A stretch of DNA of 24,000 bases from positions 4,937,151 through 4,961,150 of the forward strand of contig NC_016584.1 of NCBI RefSeq assembly GCF_000235605.1, written 5' to 3'. Numbering within the stretch: the stretch's first letter is position 1; each line of letters starts with the position of its first letter. The DNA comes from Desulfosporosinus orientis DSM 765. Lineage in GTDB: Bacteria > Bacillota > Desulfitobacteriia > Desulfitobacteriales > Desulfitobacteriaceae. The position numbers and the translations under genes were made by a program. The notes beneath the pieces were generated by a model. That model worked only from the letters and a program-made list of their open reading frames with translations. It was not told the DNA's origin and searched no databases. Below are positions 1-8,722 of this stretch, piece after piece.

Positions 1-712
1 CTTTCTGAGAGGTTCCTTAAAATTATATCGTTATAAGCTGAAAGCTCATTCCTTTTTGCTCTATTCACTCATCGCTGCTCAGCTTTTAGCTTTGCTCTTT
101 TCTTTGGGGGGAACCAGTCATATGGCCTCAAGTAATGGGGAGGTGTCCGTCACTTTAAACATGTATTCCGCCAGTCTGGTCATTGCCTTCACCCTTTTTT
201 GGATTTTCTTTGTCAGTTATCAGCTGCCAACCAGCCGATACAAAAAACTTGAACGTCCTCTTGTTGTCAACAGCCTTTCCGGAAGTGTTTCTGACATAGG
301 CTTTTTGCTGACGGCTTGTGTCTTTGGGGGCATAACGTCATCACTCTTTGGTATCATTCTCCGAATCTTTGTGTTTGTGCGCTCCAATCCGGCCCAAATA
401 CTCCATGATCATTTTTTCTTAACCTTAGGGGATCTCTTGATTGGAATGGCTGCAGGAATTATGTACATGGTCGTAATCTCCGCAATTGGCTATTTAATGG
501 GCATGCTTGTCAGGATAAGCATGGCTTTTATCCTTATTATACCAGCAATACTCTTTGGGCTGATAAGAGTGTATACCAATTCAATGCAGCATTTTCTTGA
601 ATATTTTACCGCCGAAAGTTCATTGCCCTTATTCATCCTCAAAATAATCGCTGCCACCATTATTGTCTATGGAGCAAGTATTTTACTCTCAGATAGAAAG
701 GAGCTCGCCTAA
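1..712 (+). CDS. polytopic integral membrane protein, ABC-2-type-permease-like; 5' end probably outside the window
   Basis: The ORF-track ORF 56..712 starts at a TTG inside a hydrophobic helix. The same frame (codons at 2,5,8...) has no stop back to the window edge (FLRGSLKLYRYKLKAHSF...), so the CDS probably begins upstream. About six hydrophobic helices. The stop overlaps the next start (TAATG at 710..714). Family call rests on topology and composition only. Confidence 0.5.
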   Translation, partial: FLRGSLKLYRYKLKAHSFLLYSLIAAQLLALLFSLGGTSHMASSNGEVSVTLNMYSASLVIAFTLFWIFFVSYQLPTSRYKKLERPLVVNSLSGSVSDIGFLLTACVFGGITSSLFGIILRIFVFVRSNPAQILHDHFFLTLGDLLIGMAAGIMYMVVISAIGYLMGMLVRISMAFILIIPAILFGLIRVYTNSMQHFLEYFTAESSLPLFILKIIAATIIVYGASILLSDRKELA

Positions 713-1434
713 TGAATGCGGTTACGTTTTCCCTGGCCATTCTCCTTGCCGGACTGGTCATTGTTTTCATCATCGCCAAGCTAGGGTCCAAGGTTATTAA
801 GCTCTTATCCTGGAAAATCTGTGCCCTTACAGCAGGGGTATATATAGGCTTATTGATCTTGTCTTATCCACTTCTCTGCCTCTTGCCGGACAATGACTTT
901 ATTAAATCTGCCCAGCAGCGGGATGAAACTGTCGCAGCAACGCAAAGTCTGTTAAATGCTCTTTATCATGAGCCTCCTATTCTTAATGAAGAGACAATAG
1001 CTCACAGTAAAGGAGTCTTTAAAAACAGCAGCCGCTCCTTCCCGTTTTCTTCCCACCAAATATCCCTCAACATCCAACAAGGCCCCGGTAATCATCACAT
1101 TTTCATCAAGAAGAAAGAAACCTCTGACGGTATCATTGATGTATCAACTTATGTCACTGCTCATTATATCGGCAATGTTGACTTTTCCAAGCAAGTCTCT
1201 CCACCAACCATCATACTTAAAGATAATATGATGCATTTAATTTTTCCAAATCTCCAAACTATGAACTATCAACAGATAAACTATGATTTTACTCTCAGTC
1301 AATTTAAAGCCGCCGGCGATAATGGCAGTACTATGAGGTCTCACTACGGCGAACAACTTGTTTATATACGGGTCCCTAAAAATATTGAACTCAACATCCC
1401 TAAGGATCAGCCATTGATTCATGAGATTGACTAA
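712..1434 (+). CDS. membrane-anchored protein of unknown function (2 N-terminal TM helices plus a ~170-aa extracytoplasmic domain)
   Basis: 240-aa ORF translationally coupled to the upstream permease-like gene (TAATG). It has two N-terminal hydrophobic helices and then a polar domain. No family recognised. Confidence 0.6.
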   Translation: MNAVTFSLAILLAGLVIVFIIAKLGSKVIKLLSWKICALTAGVYIGLLILSYPLLCLLPDNDFIKSAQQRDETVAATQSLLNALYHEPPILNEETIAHSKGVFKNSSRSFPFSSHQISLNIQQGPGNHHIFIKKKETSDGIIDVSTYVTAHYIGNVDFSKQVSPPTIILKDNMMHLIFPNLQTMNYQQINYDFTLSQFKAAGDNGSTMRSHYGEQLVYIRVPKNIELNIPKDQPLIHEID

Positions 1435-1546
1435 AATCATTATAAAGAATTCCTCGGGTTGCATGACCCTTCCCCGCGCTGGCTTGTGGCCTTTTACTGC
1501 CTCTCCACGCCATGGTATTTTTCAGGATGAGTTTTTCAGGGTAATA

Positions 1547-1596
1547 GAAAAATACGCCTTGATACGGCTTAAAAGCCTTTTCATGGCGTATTTTTC
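1547..1596. terminator. compound hairpin between convergent genes (candidate bidirectional terminator)
   Basis: GAAAAATACGCC (1547..1558) pairs with GGCGTATTTTTC (1585..1596). An inner GGCT/AGCC hairpin sits in the loop, and A/T runs flank both sides. It lies between the convergent 712..1434 (+) and metK (-) genes. Confidence 0.4.
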
Positions 1597-1698
1597 ACTG
1601 TCAGGAGTCTTTTTAGCTGTTATTGCCATAATTTCTGCAGCATCTGCTGAATAATAGGTTAACATGTGCCTGGATAAATCTTTAAACCCTACTGTTAT

Positions 1699-2889
1699 TT
1701 AAAGCCCTGCAAGCTTCTTTAAAGCTTCAGCTTTGTCCGTTCGTTCCCAGGGAAGATCCAGGTCTGTCCTGCCGAAATGTCCATAGGCTGCCGTCTGTCG
1801 ATAAATCGGACGGCGAAGATTCAAGGTCTTGATAATTCCAGCCGGACGCAAGTCGAAGGTTTGCTTTACAAACTCGACTATTTTTTCATCCGCCAGTTTC
1901 CCAGTACCAAAGGTTTCAATAGAGATTGAAACGGGCTGAGCGACACCGATGGCATAAGCGATTTGAAGTTCACAGCGATCTGCTAAGCCTGCTGCAACTA
2001 TGTTCTTTGCTACATAACGAGCTGCATAAGCTGCGGAACGATCAACTTTTGTGGGATCCTTACCGGAGAACGCCCCACCGCCATGCCGAGCCATGCCTCC
2101 ATAAGTGTCAACAATGATTTTTCTGCCTGTAAGACCGCAATCCCCTTGCGGACCACCAATGACGAAACGCCCGGTAGGATTGATAAAATATTTAGTGTCC
2201 TCATTAAGGAGCTCTTTCGGAACAGTAGGATAAATAACATATTGAAGGATATCTCTGCGTATTTGCTCATTGGTTACATCAGGATGATGTTGAGTGGAAA
2301 TAACAATGGTATCCACTCGAACCGGTTTATTATCCTCATATTCTATCGTAACTTGAGTTTTTCCATCTGGGCGCAAATAATTCAGCTGGTTGGATTTGCG
2401 CACCTCGCTCAGTCTTCGGGCTAAACGGTGAGCTAAGTCAACGGGCAGGGGCATATAGCTCTCAGTCTCATTGGTAGCAAAGCCAAACATCATGCCCTGA
2501 TCACCGGCTCCGATGGCTTCAATCTCGCTGTCCGTCATTTCACCGGTTTTAGCTTCCAAGGCCTGATCCACACCTAAAGCAATGTCTGCGGATTGTTCGC
2601 CAATGGAGGTCAAAACAGCACAGGTTTCTGCATCAAAGCCGTATTTTGCTCTGGTATAACCAACCTCCCGTATGGTCTCCCTGACAACATGGGGTATATC
2701 CACATAGCAGGATGTGGTTATCTCACCGCTGACCAGAACCAGACCTGTCGTGACCATTGTTTCGCAAGCCACTCGAGCCTGTGGATCCTGGGCAAAAATA
2801 GCATCCAAGATAGCATCTGAAATCTGATCGCAGATTTTATCGGGATGACCCTCTGTGACCGATTCTGATGTGAACAATTTTTTAACCAA
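1699..2889 (-). CDS. metK: S-adenosylmethionine synthetase
   Basis: 396 aa with hallmark motifs [28 protein letters not shown] and [25 protein letters not shown] start at 2889 with AGGAG 8 nt upstream. Confidence 0.97.
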   Translation of the reverse strand: MVKKLFTSESVTEGHPDKICDQISDAILDAIFAQDPQARVACETMVTTGLVLVSGEITTSCYVDIPHVVRETIREVGYTRAKYGFDAETCAVLTSIGEQSADIALGVDQALEAKTGEMTDSEIEAIGAGDQGMMFGFATNETESYMPLPVDLAHRLARRLSEVRKSNQLNYLRPDGKTQVTIEYEDNKPVRVDTIVISTQHHPDVTNEQIRRDILQYVIYPTVPKELLNEDTKYFINPTGRFVIGGPQGDCGLTGRKIIVDTYGGMARHGGGAFSGKDPTKVDRSAAYAARYVAKNIVAAGLADRCELQIAYAIGVAQPVSISIETFGTGKLADEKIVEFVKQTFDLRPAGIIKTLNLRRPIYRQTAAYGHFGRTDLDLPWERTDKAEALKKLAGL

Positions 2890-2908
2890 TTACTTCACTC
2901 CTTTGCTT

Positions 2909-4102
2909 CTAACCGAGGAGGCGGGCAATCTCGGCAACGAGATTCTTGGCAACCTCCAGTTTGCTCATTTGAGGAAAATCTATTCTTCTTCCATCAGGAA
3001 AGAGAAAACTGACAATATTCGTCATGCTCCCGAAACCTGCACCGGGTTTAGTGACATCATTGGCCACCAGGAGATTGACATTCTTTCTCTGCATCTTTTC
3101 CTGGGCATAAGCTAAAAGATTTTCGGTTTCAGCTGCAAACCCAATTAGAACCTGGGAGGTCTTCCGGCGTCCCAGTTCAGCCAAAATATCAGGATTAGGG
3201 ACCAACTCAATGGTTCGGTTAGCTCCGTCTTTTTTAATTTTCTGCTCCGCCTGTGAGGCCGGGCGATAATCAGCCACGGCCGCCGCCTTCACCACAACAT
3301 CCAGTTTATTAAACTCAGCCAGGACGGCGTCATGCATTTCTAAAGCTGTTTGAACAGACACACGGGTAACACCCGGAGGTGTAGGCAGGTCTGTAGGCGC
3401 ACTGACCAGGATGGTTTCCGCACCTGCTTCCTGAAGGGCCTGGGCAATGGCAAAACCCATCCGCCCGGAGCTGCGGTTTCCTAAATAGCGCACGGGATCA
3501 AGAGGTTCCTGAGTTCCGCCGGCGGTTACAAGGGCACGCTTGCCCTTTAGACAAGGGGACTCCGCAAAAAATTGAACGACAGCTTCCACAATTTCTGCCG
3601 CTTCGCTCATTCGTCCTACTCCATCTGTGCCGCAGGCTTGAAAACCAACGCCTGGACCAATGATTCGCATTCCTCGTTCTTTAAGCCGGTGCAAATTTCC
3701 TTGAGTTGCAGGATTCTGGTACATGGCCTGATTCATAGCCGGCGCCACAAAAATAGGTGCTCTGGTTGCCAGAAGCACCGTGGAAAGAAAATCATCCGCC
3801 AAACCTACGGCCATTTTGGCGATGATATTAGCTGTGGCAGGTGCAACCACCACAGCATCCACATGCTCAGCTAAAGCAATATGCTCCACATTCCATAGTT
3901 TGGGCTCCGCAAACATATCCACATGCACTGGATTTGTGGATAAACTTCGCAGTGTGAGGGGGGTAATAAATTCCGTTGCCGATTTTGTCATGGCAACATG
4001 AACATCGACCTCTAACTTGCGCAAACGACTGACAACCTCAGCAATTTTGTAAGCAGCAATTCCACCTGTAACCCCTATGAGGACCTTTTTCCCTGCCAGC
4101 AT
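2909..4102 (-). CDS. coaBC: bifunctional phosphopantothenoylcysteine decarboxylase / phosphopantothenate-cysteine ligase
   Basis: 397 aa. N-terminal flavoprotein domain (GVTGGIAAYK) and C-terminal CoaB domain (GNRSSGRMG, AAAVADYRP). Conserved position after rpoZ, with a TAATG overlap. Confidence 0.95.
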   Translation of the reverse strand: MLAGKKVLIGVTGGIAAYKIAEVVSRLRKLEVDVHVAMTKSATEFITPLTLRSLSTNPVHVDMFAEPKLWNVEHIALAEHVDAVVVAPATANIIAKMAVGLADDFLSTVLLATRAPIFVAPAMNQAMYQNPATQGNLHRLKERGMRIIGPGVGFQACGTDGVGRMSEAAEIVEAVVQFFAESPCLKGKRALVTAGGTQEPLDPVRYLGNRSSGRMGFAIAQALQEAGAETILVSAPTDLPTPPGVTRVSVQTALEMHDAVLAEFNKLDVVVKAAAVADYRPASQAEQKIKKDGANRTIELVPNPDILAELGRRKTSQVLIGFAAETENLLAYAQEKMQRKNVNLLVANDVTKPGAGFGSMTNIVSFLFPDGRRIDFPQMSKLEVAKNLVAEIARLLG

Positions 4103-4308
4103 TACACGCGCTCTTCTGGATGACAGTTATAATGGATGTCTGAACGAGAGATTTCCTCCAGTGAAATGCTGACTGGTTTAACGCCTTTGGCCAAATCCTC
4201 GTGTTTTCCTTCTTCCATGATCATACGAGCACGTTTGGCAACTACGATCACTAAGGTGTATTTGCTGTCGACCTTGCTCATCAGAGTGTCGAGTGAAGGT
4301 TGTTTCAT
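4102..4308 (-). CDS. rpoZ: DNA-directed RNA polymerase subunit omega
   Basis: 68 aa with a Firmicute omega-like N-terminus (PSLDTLMSKVDSKYTLVIVVAKRAR). Classic gmk-rpoZ-coaBC synteny. 4-nt overlap with gmk. Confidence 0.9.
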   Translation of the reverse strand: MKQPSLDTLMSKVDSKYTLVIVVAKRARMIMEEGKHEDLAKGVKPVSISLEEISRSDIHYNCHPEERV

Positions 4309-4913
4309 ACAGATTCCCCCTTAAAAACAAACGGTTTTCGTTTAACACGGCATTTTTCTGCAATGAGAATACTTTTTAATTTATCGACAGCCACGGGAAC
4401 CTCATCATTGACCACGACATAATCGTATTCACTGACATATTCCAGCTCCTCTATGGCAGTGGCTAACCTTTTCTGAATCACTTCCTCCGTTTCCGTACCC
4501 CGCTTGTGAATTCTCTCAGAGAGTACATCCATTGAAGGCGGGACAATAAAAGTGAAAACTCCTTGAGGAAAGCACTTTTTAATTTGTAAAGCACCTTGAA
4601 TTTCTATCTCTAAAATGACATCCTGTCCTGCTTGGATAGCCTGTTCAACTGCGAAGCGCGGTGTTCCATAGTAATTATCACAGAACTTTGCCCATTCCAG
4701 CAGTTCATCTCTGTTAATCATGGCTTCAAATTCAGCCTTTTGTCGAAAAAAGTAATGAATTCCATCCACTTCACCAGGACGAGAAGATCTTGTTGTCATC
4801 GAGACGGAATATTTTAAGTCAGGCATCTGGCGCAGCAATTCTTGGCAAAGCGTCCCTTTGCCTGCTCCGGAAGGGCCCGACAGCACTATCAATAATCCAT
4901 GACTTTTTTCCAC
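4305..4913 (-). CDS. gmk: guanylate kinase
   Basis: 202 aa. P-loop GPSGAGKGT, a TTR..RPGE.DG..Y.F substrate motif, and synteny. Confidence 0.95.
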   Translation of the reverse strand: MEKSHGLLIVLSGPSGAGKGTLCQELLRQMPDLKYSVSMTTRSSRPGEVDGIHYFFRQKAEFEAMINRDELLEWAKFCDNYYGTPRFAVEQAIQAGQDVILEIEIQGALQIKKCFPQGVFTFIVPPSMDVLSERIHKRGTETEEVIQKRLATAIEELEYVSEYDYVVVNDEVPVAVDKLKSILIAEKCRVKRKPFVFKGESV

Positions 4914-4923
4914 AACCTCACCC

Positions 4924-5199
4924 CTAATCCACAGGGTCTTCTGCGTGGCTGCCGGACTCTTTGGCTGTAAGACGATGAGCTACGGTTTCAGGCTGAACTG
5001 CAGACAAAATCACATGATGACTATCACAAATAATTACGGCTCGTGTGCGCCGGCCATAAGTAGCATCAATAAGCATACCCGCATCACGCGCTTCTTGAAT
5101 AATACGTTTGATGGGAGCGGATTCCGGACTTACAATCGAAATAATACGATTGGCAGAAACGATATTGCCAAACCCAATGTTAATAAGTTTAATGTCCAA
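4924..5199 (-). CDS. remA: RemA/DUF370 family DNA-binding regulator of extracellular-matrix/biofilm genes
   Basis: 91 aa. The core [47 protein letters not shown] matches B. subtilis RemA (YlzA) as I recall it. Conserved position between yicC and gmk. Confidence 0.9.
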   Translation of the reverse strand: MDIKLINIGFGNIVSANRIISIVSPESAPIKRIIQEARDAGMLIDATYGRRTRAVIICDSHHVILSAVQPETVAHRLTAKESGSHAEDPVD

Positions 5200-5212
5200 G
5201 ATGAATCCTCCA

Positions 5213-6091
5213 TTACTCTAAATTTTGAACTTGTTCGCGTATTTTTTCTAATTCGCTTTTGACTTTTATAACTTGCTGCCCAATCATTAGATCATTGGCC
5301 TTTGATCCTATGGTATTAATCTCCCGGTTCAATTCCTGAATTAAAAAATCAAGTTTACGCCCTACCGGTTCATTGCTCAGCAAAGCCTCCCGGCTTTGTG
5401 CCAAATGGCTGTCAAAGCGGACCAATTCTTCCGTAACGGAGGCTCTGTCTGCGAAATACGCTACTTCATTAGCCAAGCGAAGGGGATCTAACTCCACGTC
5501 CCCAAGAAGCGTCTGGATACGTTCCTGCAGGCGTTCTTGATAGTCTGTTACAACATATGGCGCACGCTCAGCAATCGTGTGCAAATAATCTCCCAGAAGA
5601 TCAATCCTTTTCATTAGATCCAGGGTTAATTTTTCACCTTCGGATCTTCTCATCTGAGCAAAACCATCAATCGCCTTCACAAGGGCCTCGGCACAGATTT
5701 TCCAGAAGGCCTCCAAATCAATTTCAGGCTCTACAACCGAAAGAACCTCGGGAAAGCCCACTAATCGGTAAATATCTGTTTCATACTCTGTATGTAGAGC
5801 TAAAGCGAGATCTTTCAATGTCTTATCATACGACAGTGCTAAATCATTGTCAACCTTCACCAATCTCTTGCGTTCTTCTGTTTCCGCCACATTGACATGT
5901 ACTTCGATCCGGCCCCTTTGAAAATTATCTTGAAGCATTTTACGTATTCGTTCTTCCACACTGTTATAGTTCCGGGGAATCCTCACGACAATTTCTAAAA
6001 AACGATGATTAACGGATTTTAACTCAATGGATACTTGATAGCCGCCTCCACTGGCCTCTCCCCGACCAAACCCAGTCATACTGATTGACAC
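5213..6091 (-). CDS. yicC: YicC/YloC family stress-induced protein (endoribonuclease family)
   Basis: 292 aa. N-terminal SMTGFGR motif and C-terminal [13 protein letters not shown] motif typical of YicC/YloC. GTG start at 6091, with an internal ATG 4 codons later as an alternative. Confidence 0.9.
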   Translation of the reverse strand: MSISMTGFGRGEASGGGYQVSIELKSVNHRFLEIVVRIPRNYNSVEERIRKMLQDNFQRGRIEVHVNVAETEERKRLVKVDNDLALSYDKTLKDLALALHTEYETDIYRLVGFPEVLSVVEPEIDLEAFWKICAEALVKAIDGFAQMRRSEGEKLTLDLMKRIDLLGDYLHTIAERAPYVVTDYQERLQERIQTLLGDVELDPLRLANEVAYFADRASVTEELVRFDSHLAQSREALLSNEPVGRKLDFLIQELNREINTIGSKANDLMIGQQVIKVKSELEKIREQVQNLE

Positions 6092-6173
6092 AAGCCTTCA
6101 ACTTCCCTTCTTTAAACTAACCCCTTAATCCGGGTAGGGCGTTATTTTTTAGAGTACTATTATTTAGTAGTAG

Positions 6174-6209
6174 AAAAATTGCAGCAGGTAATAACCTGCT
6201 GCAATTTTA
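6174..6209 (-). terminator. rho-independent terminator of the 8399->6287 operon
   Basis: Perfect 13-bp stem AAATTGCAGCAGG (6176..6188) / CCTGCTGCAATTT (6195..6207) with a 6-nt loop. On the minus strand it is followed by TTTTTC. It lies 80 nt downstream of the stop at 6287. Confidence 0.65.
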
Positions 6210-6286
6210 ATTATATCATATTAATATTCACTTGATAAATAATTAAAGCAACTTATCCTTAAATGTCAATGTTAGTTGTGCAAATA

Positions 6287-7099
6287 TTAACATGTTTTAG
6301 TATTAAGATGTGGTTTTTTCCGATTATCCAGGAATATGAACAGGAAAGCAATGGCTGAACCCACCAGCAAAGCGATTAAAACCGACATATAGCCATAAAA
6401 GGGGCCATCATATATTGCCATGTCGTTTAACCATTTGACGATACCGATGGTCTCGACATCAAAGGTCTGGTCACTTGTTCCGATTACCTGCCCGTCTTTA
6501 ATAAAATAAACCGTTATATTACATTTTTCCTGAGGAATATTTGCAGGAAGCTCAAAACTGGTATTAAACTTACCATTATTAATTTGGACTCCGCTCTCGT
6601 TAATTCCATACAGTCCGCTTTCGCTGAATAAACCAACCATGGAATTCACAAATTCTTGTGCTTCAGATTTTTCTAATGTAAGAGAACCTGCATCACTATG
6701 CTTTCTGACTTCCGCCATTTGATAAACTGCCGAATAGTCTTTATCTATACCCAATTCCGCCTGCAAATCTTGTGGAAGGTCCGAAAGAGACTGGGAAGAA
6801 AGGATCCGGTACAGTTTAGGAACTTTAGTTACCGAGGTGCTTTCGACATTCATCCAAAATAAACTTACTTTTCCCTTTTTATTTAAATCTAAAATGGCAT
6901 CGTTAGGAGAGCTGACTTTGATATAAACTTGAGCATTGTCCGGTACGCTGCCGGAAATATCCAAGGCAGCGCCTTTAAAATTCAGTCCGACATTAACCTT
7001 ATCCGGTGAAACTGTAAGCTGATTCTCTGCTGCCATTCCCTGACCGGCAAAGGTCAATAAGAAAAGCATGCTTAGCAAGATTACTGCCAGCCTTCTCAT
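6287..7099 (-). CDS. exported, C-terminally membrane-anchored protein resembling TIGR02186 / PF09608 (Alph_Pro_TM) family, function unknown
   Basis: 270 aa. Signal peptide (MRRLAVILLSMLFLLTFAGQGMA|AE), a ~215-aa polar domain and a single C-terminal TM helix (YGYMSVLIALLVGSAIAFLFIFL). Motif blocks LFWMNVE and FELPANIP....ITVYFIKDG.V match my recollection of the family pattern. TAATG coupling to the TauE-like gene. Confidence 0.8.
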   Translation of the reverse strand: MRRLAVILLSMLFLLTFAGQGMAAENQLTVSPDKVNVGLNFKGAALDISGSVPDNAQVYIKVSSPNDAILDLNKKGKVSLFWMNVESTSVTKVPKLYRILSSQSLSDLPQDLQAELGIDKDYSAVYQMAEVRKHSDAGSLTLEKSEAQEFVNSMVGLFSESGLYGINESGVQINNGKFNTSFELPANIPQEKCNITVYFIKDGQVIGTSDQTFDVETIGIVKWLNDMAIYDGPFYGYMSVLIALLVGSAIAFLFIFLDNRKKPHLNTKTC

Positions 7100-8019
7100 T
7101 AATGGCCACCCCCTAGGGAAATTAATGAAGCTGGAGGAAGAACTAAATCTACCAACATTTTAAGCATAACGGCTAAAACAATCACGGAAAAAATAACCCT
7201 TAACTGTTCTGCAGGAAGCCTTTTGCCAAGCCTTGCCCCGAATTGAGCTCCAATAGAGGAACCAATTAATAAGACAATTGCCAAGACAACATCAACAGTA
7301 TGATTTAAAGAACTTTGGGCCATTGTCACGTTGATAGCTGTAAAAATAATCACAAAAACACTCGTGCCAACTGCCTTAATTGTTGGCATTCCCAATAAAT
7401 AAATCATGACCGGCAGCATAATAAATCCACCGCCAACGCCCATAAGCGCAGCAAGAATACCTATTAGTAAACCCAGCAAGAATAGAGAGATAACAGAACA
7501 ATGAATACCGGATACCTCAAAATGCATTTTAATAGGCAGCTTATTCATAAACTGCATTGCTTTATTTTCTTTAGGTGTTTCATCAATTTCTTTTGTTTTT
7601 TTCCTTAGAGAATTGATACTCTCGATAAACATAAAGGAGCCTACACATAGCAGCATCACTACATAAGTGGATTTTAGCACAAAGTCGAAGTTGCCAAGGG
7701 AGCGCAGAACTTTAACAAGAGCTGTCCCAAAACTGCCGCCCACTAAACTCCCGACGAGAATAATGAAGCCAAGTTTAAAGTCAACATTCTTATTGCGGCT
7801 ATGGGCAATGGTTCCGGAAACAGAAGCCGCCACAATTTGGTTCGTATCGGAAGCTACTGCTACAGCAGGCGGTATCCCCATCCACATCAAAAGGGGGGTT
7901 AATAAGAATCCTCCTCCCACTCCGAAAAGTCCGGACAGCAATCCAACCAAACCACCCATGCCTAGAATAGCAAATATCGAAATTGGCATTCTGGCAATAG
8001 GGAAGAAAATGTCCATCAT
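7099..8019 (-). CDS. TauE/SafE (DUF81) family anion permease
   Basis: 306 aa. Two 4-TM halves rich in G/L/V (GLLSGLFGVGGGFLLTPLL and AALMGVGGGFIMLPVMIYLLG repeats) are separated by a ~40-aa charged loop, which is typical TauE/SafE architecture. ATGATG/TGA overlap with the upstream gene. Confidence 0.9.
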   Translation of the reverse strand: MMDIFFPIARMPISIFAILGMGGLVGLLSGLFGVGGGFLLTPLLMWMGIPPAVAVASDTNQIVAASVSGTIAHSRNKNVDFKLGFIILVGSLVGGSFGTALVKVLRSLGNFDFVLKSTYVVMLLCVGSFMFIESINSLRKKTKEIDETPKENKAMQFMNKLPIKMHFEVSGIHCSVISLFLLGLLIGILAALMGVGGGFIMLPVMIYLLGMPTIKAVGTSVFVIIFTAINVTMAQSSLNHTVDVVLAIVLLIGSSIGAQFGARLGKRLPAEQLRVIFSVIVLAVMLKMLVDLVLPPASLISLGGGH

Positions 8020-8399
8020 TCTCCCCCCTTATATTGCAGGTACAGTGCTTCATATTTGGGAATCAGAGTTTTCGTATAAACTTTAATGCCAAATCTTTGT
8101 ACCCCTATGCCTAAGAGCATGGTTAATAACAATAATCCCGTTGAACCCCAGGTGAAATTATTGACTTGTGCATCTTCAGGGGTATAAACATTGCCTTGGG
8201 CATCTTGCCAGGAATATATTTCTTTAGTGTCTTGATTTTGACTAACGATAACATGTTTATTGGGATTGTAATAATGAGTAAACACTTCTGACCTAAGAAA
8301 ATTCAGGCCACCCCAGAAAAAAAGAACTGATAAAATTAACACTGCAAAACTTAATTTAACACTAAATTTCCCTAACTTTTTTTTGCTGATCTCTGTCAT
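8016..8399 (-). CDS. small 2-TM membrane protein, no recognised family
   Basis: 127 aa. Strong RBS (GGGGAGG 7 nt before the ATG at 8399). Two hydrophobic helices flank a ~50-aa polar loop. First gene of the translationally coupled three-gene operon. Confidence 0.75.
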   Translation of the reverse strand: MTEISKKKLGKFSVKLSFAVLILSVLFFWGGLNFLRSEVFTHYYNPNKHVIVSQNQDTKEIYSWQDAQGNVYTPEDAQVNNFTWGSTGLLLLTMLLGIGVQRFGIKVYTKTLIPKYEALYLQYKGGE

Positions 8400-8613
8400 G
8401 GTTTATTCCTCCCCAAACGTATTTTCTGGTAAAATCGTTGAAATAGTAAAAACCTATGATGGAACGTAAATCAAGATATAAACAAAAAGGTTTTTGTTGA
8501 TTATGCCGTGCGTTTCCTCTTAATGAATGACATCTATCCCTGTTTTGATAAAACACCACCTCCGAGTGTGAGTAATTCCCGCTTAACTATTTGCTTTATG
8601 TATAAAGAATATA

Positions 8614-8629
8614 AGCAAAATCAATGCCA
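8614..8629 (-). promoter_or_regulatory. sigma-54 (-24/-12) promoter of the 8399->6287 membrane operon
   Basis: The minus strand reads TGGCATTGATTTTGCT. The GG and GC doublets are spaced exactly as in the consensus TGGCAC-N5-TTGCW. It sits just downstream of the RR-gene terminator and ~215 nt upstream of the ATG at 8399. The neighbouring gene encodes a sigma-54 activator, and a near-identical copy lies at 12089..12104. Confidence 0.65.
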
Positions 8630-8664
8630 TGTTTATAGATAACCTATCATCCCCGATTTAAGGG

Positions 8665-8704
8665 CAAAAACAAAACCGGCAACTCTTCAAGTTGCCGGTT
8701 TTGG
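8665..8704 (-). terminator. rho-independent terminator of the HK-RR operon
   Basis: Stem AAAACCGGCAAC (8672..8683) / GTTGCCGGTTTT (8691..8702). On the minus strand it is followed by TTTTGTTTTTG. It lies 45 nt downstream of the RR stop codon. Confidence 0.7.
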
Positions 8705-8722
8705 GAACTTTTCTTCCCATTC

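Noticed and set aside
1237-1654. ORFs 1237..1464 (-) and 1421..1654 (+) in or near the intergenic region downstream of metK
   Set aside because: No RBS. One is antisense to the well-supported 712..1434 CDS. The other spans the terminator hairpin region. The sequences look like random translation.
2890-2908. SAM (S-box) riboswitch upstream of metK; likewise a lysine riboswitch upstream of dapF (14264..14405)
   Set aside because: Only 19 nt are available upstream of metK. The ~140-nt dapF upstream region shows no conserved riboswitch-like helices that I can recognise.
8362-8559. 65-aa minus-strand ORF inside the leader of the membrane operon
   Set aside because: Its GTG start abuts the only SD-like GGAGG with no spacer. 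It runs out of frame across the strong RBS and start of the 127-aa gene. The composition is basic and low-complexity with no recognisable family. More likely non-coding leader.
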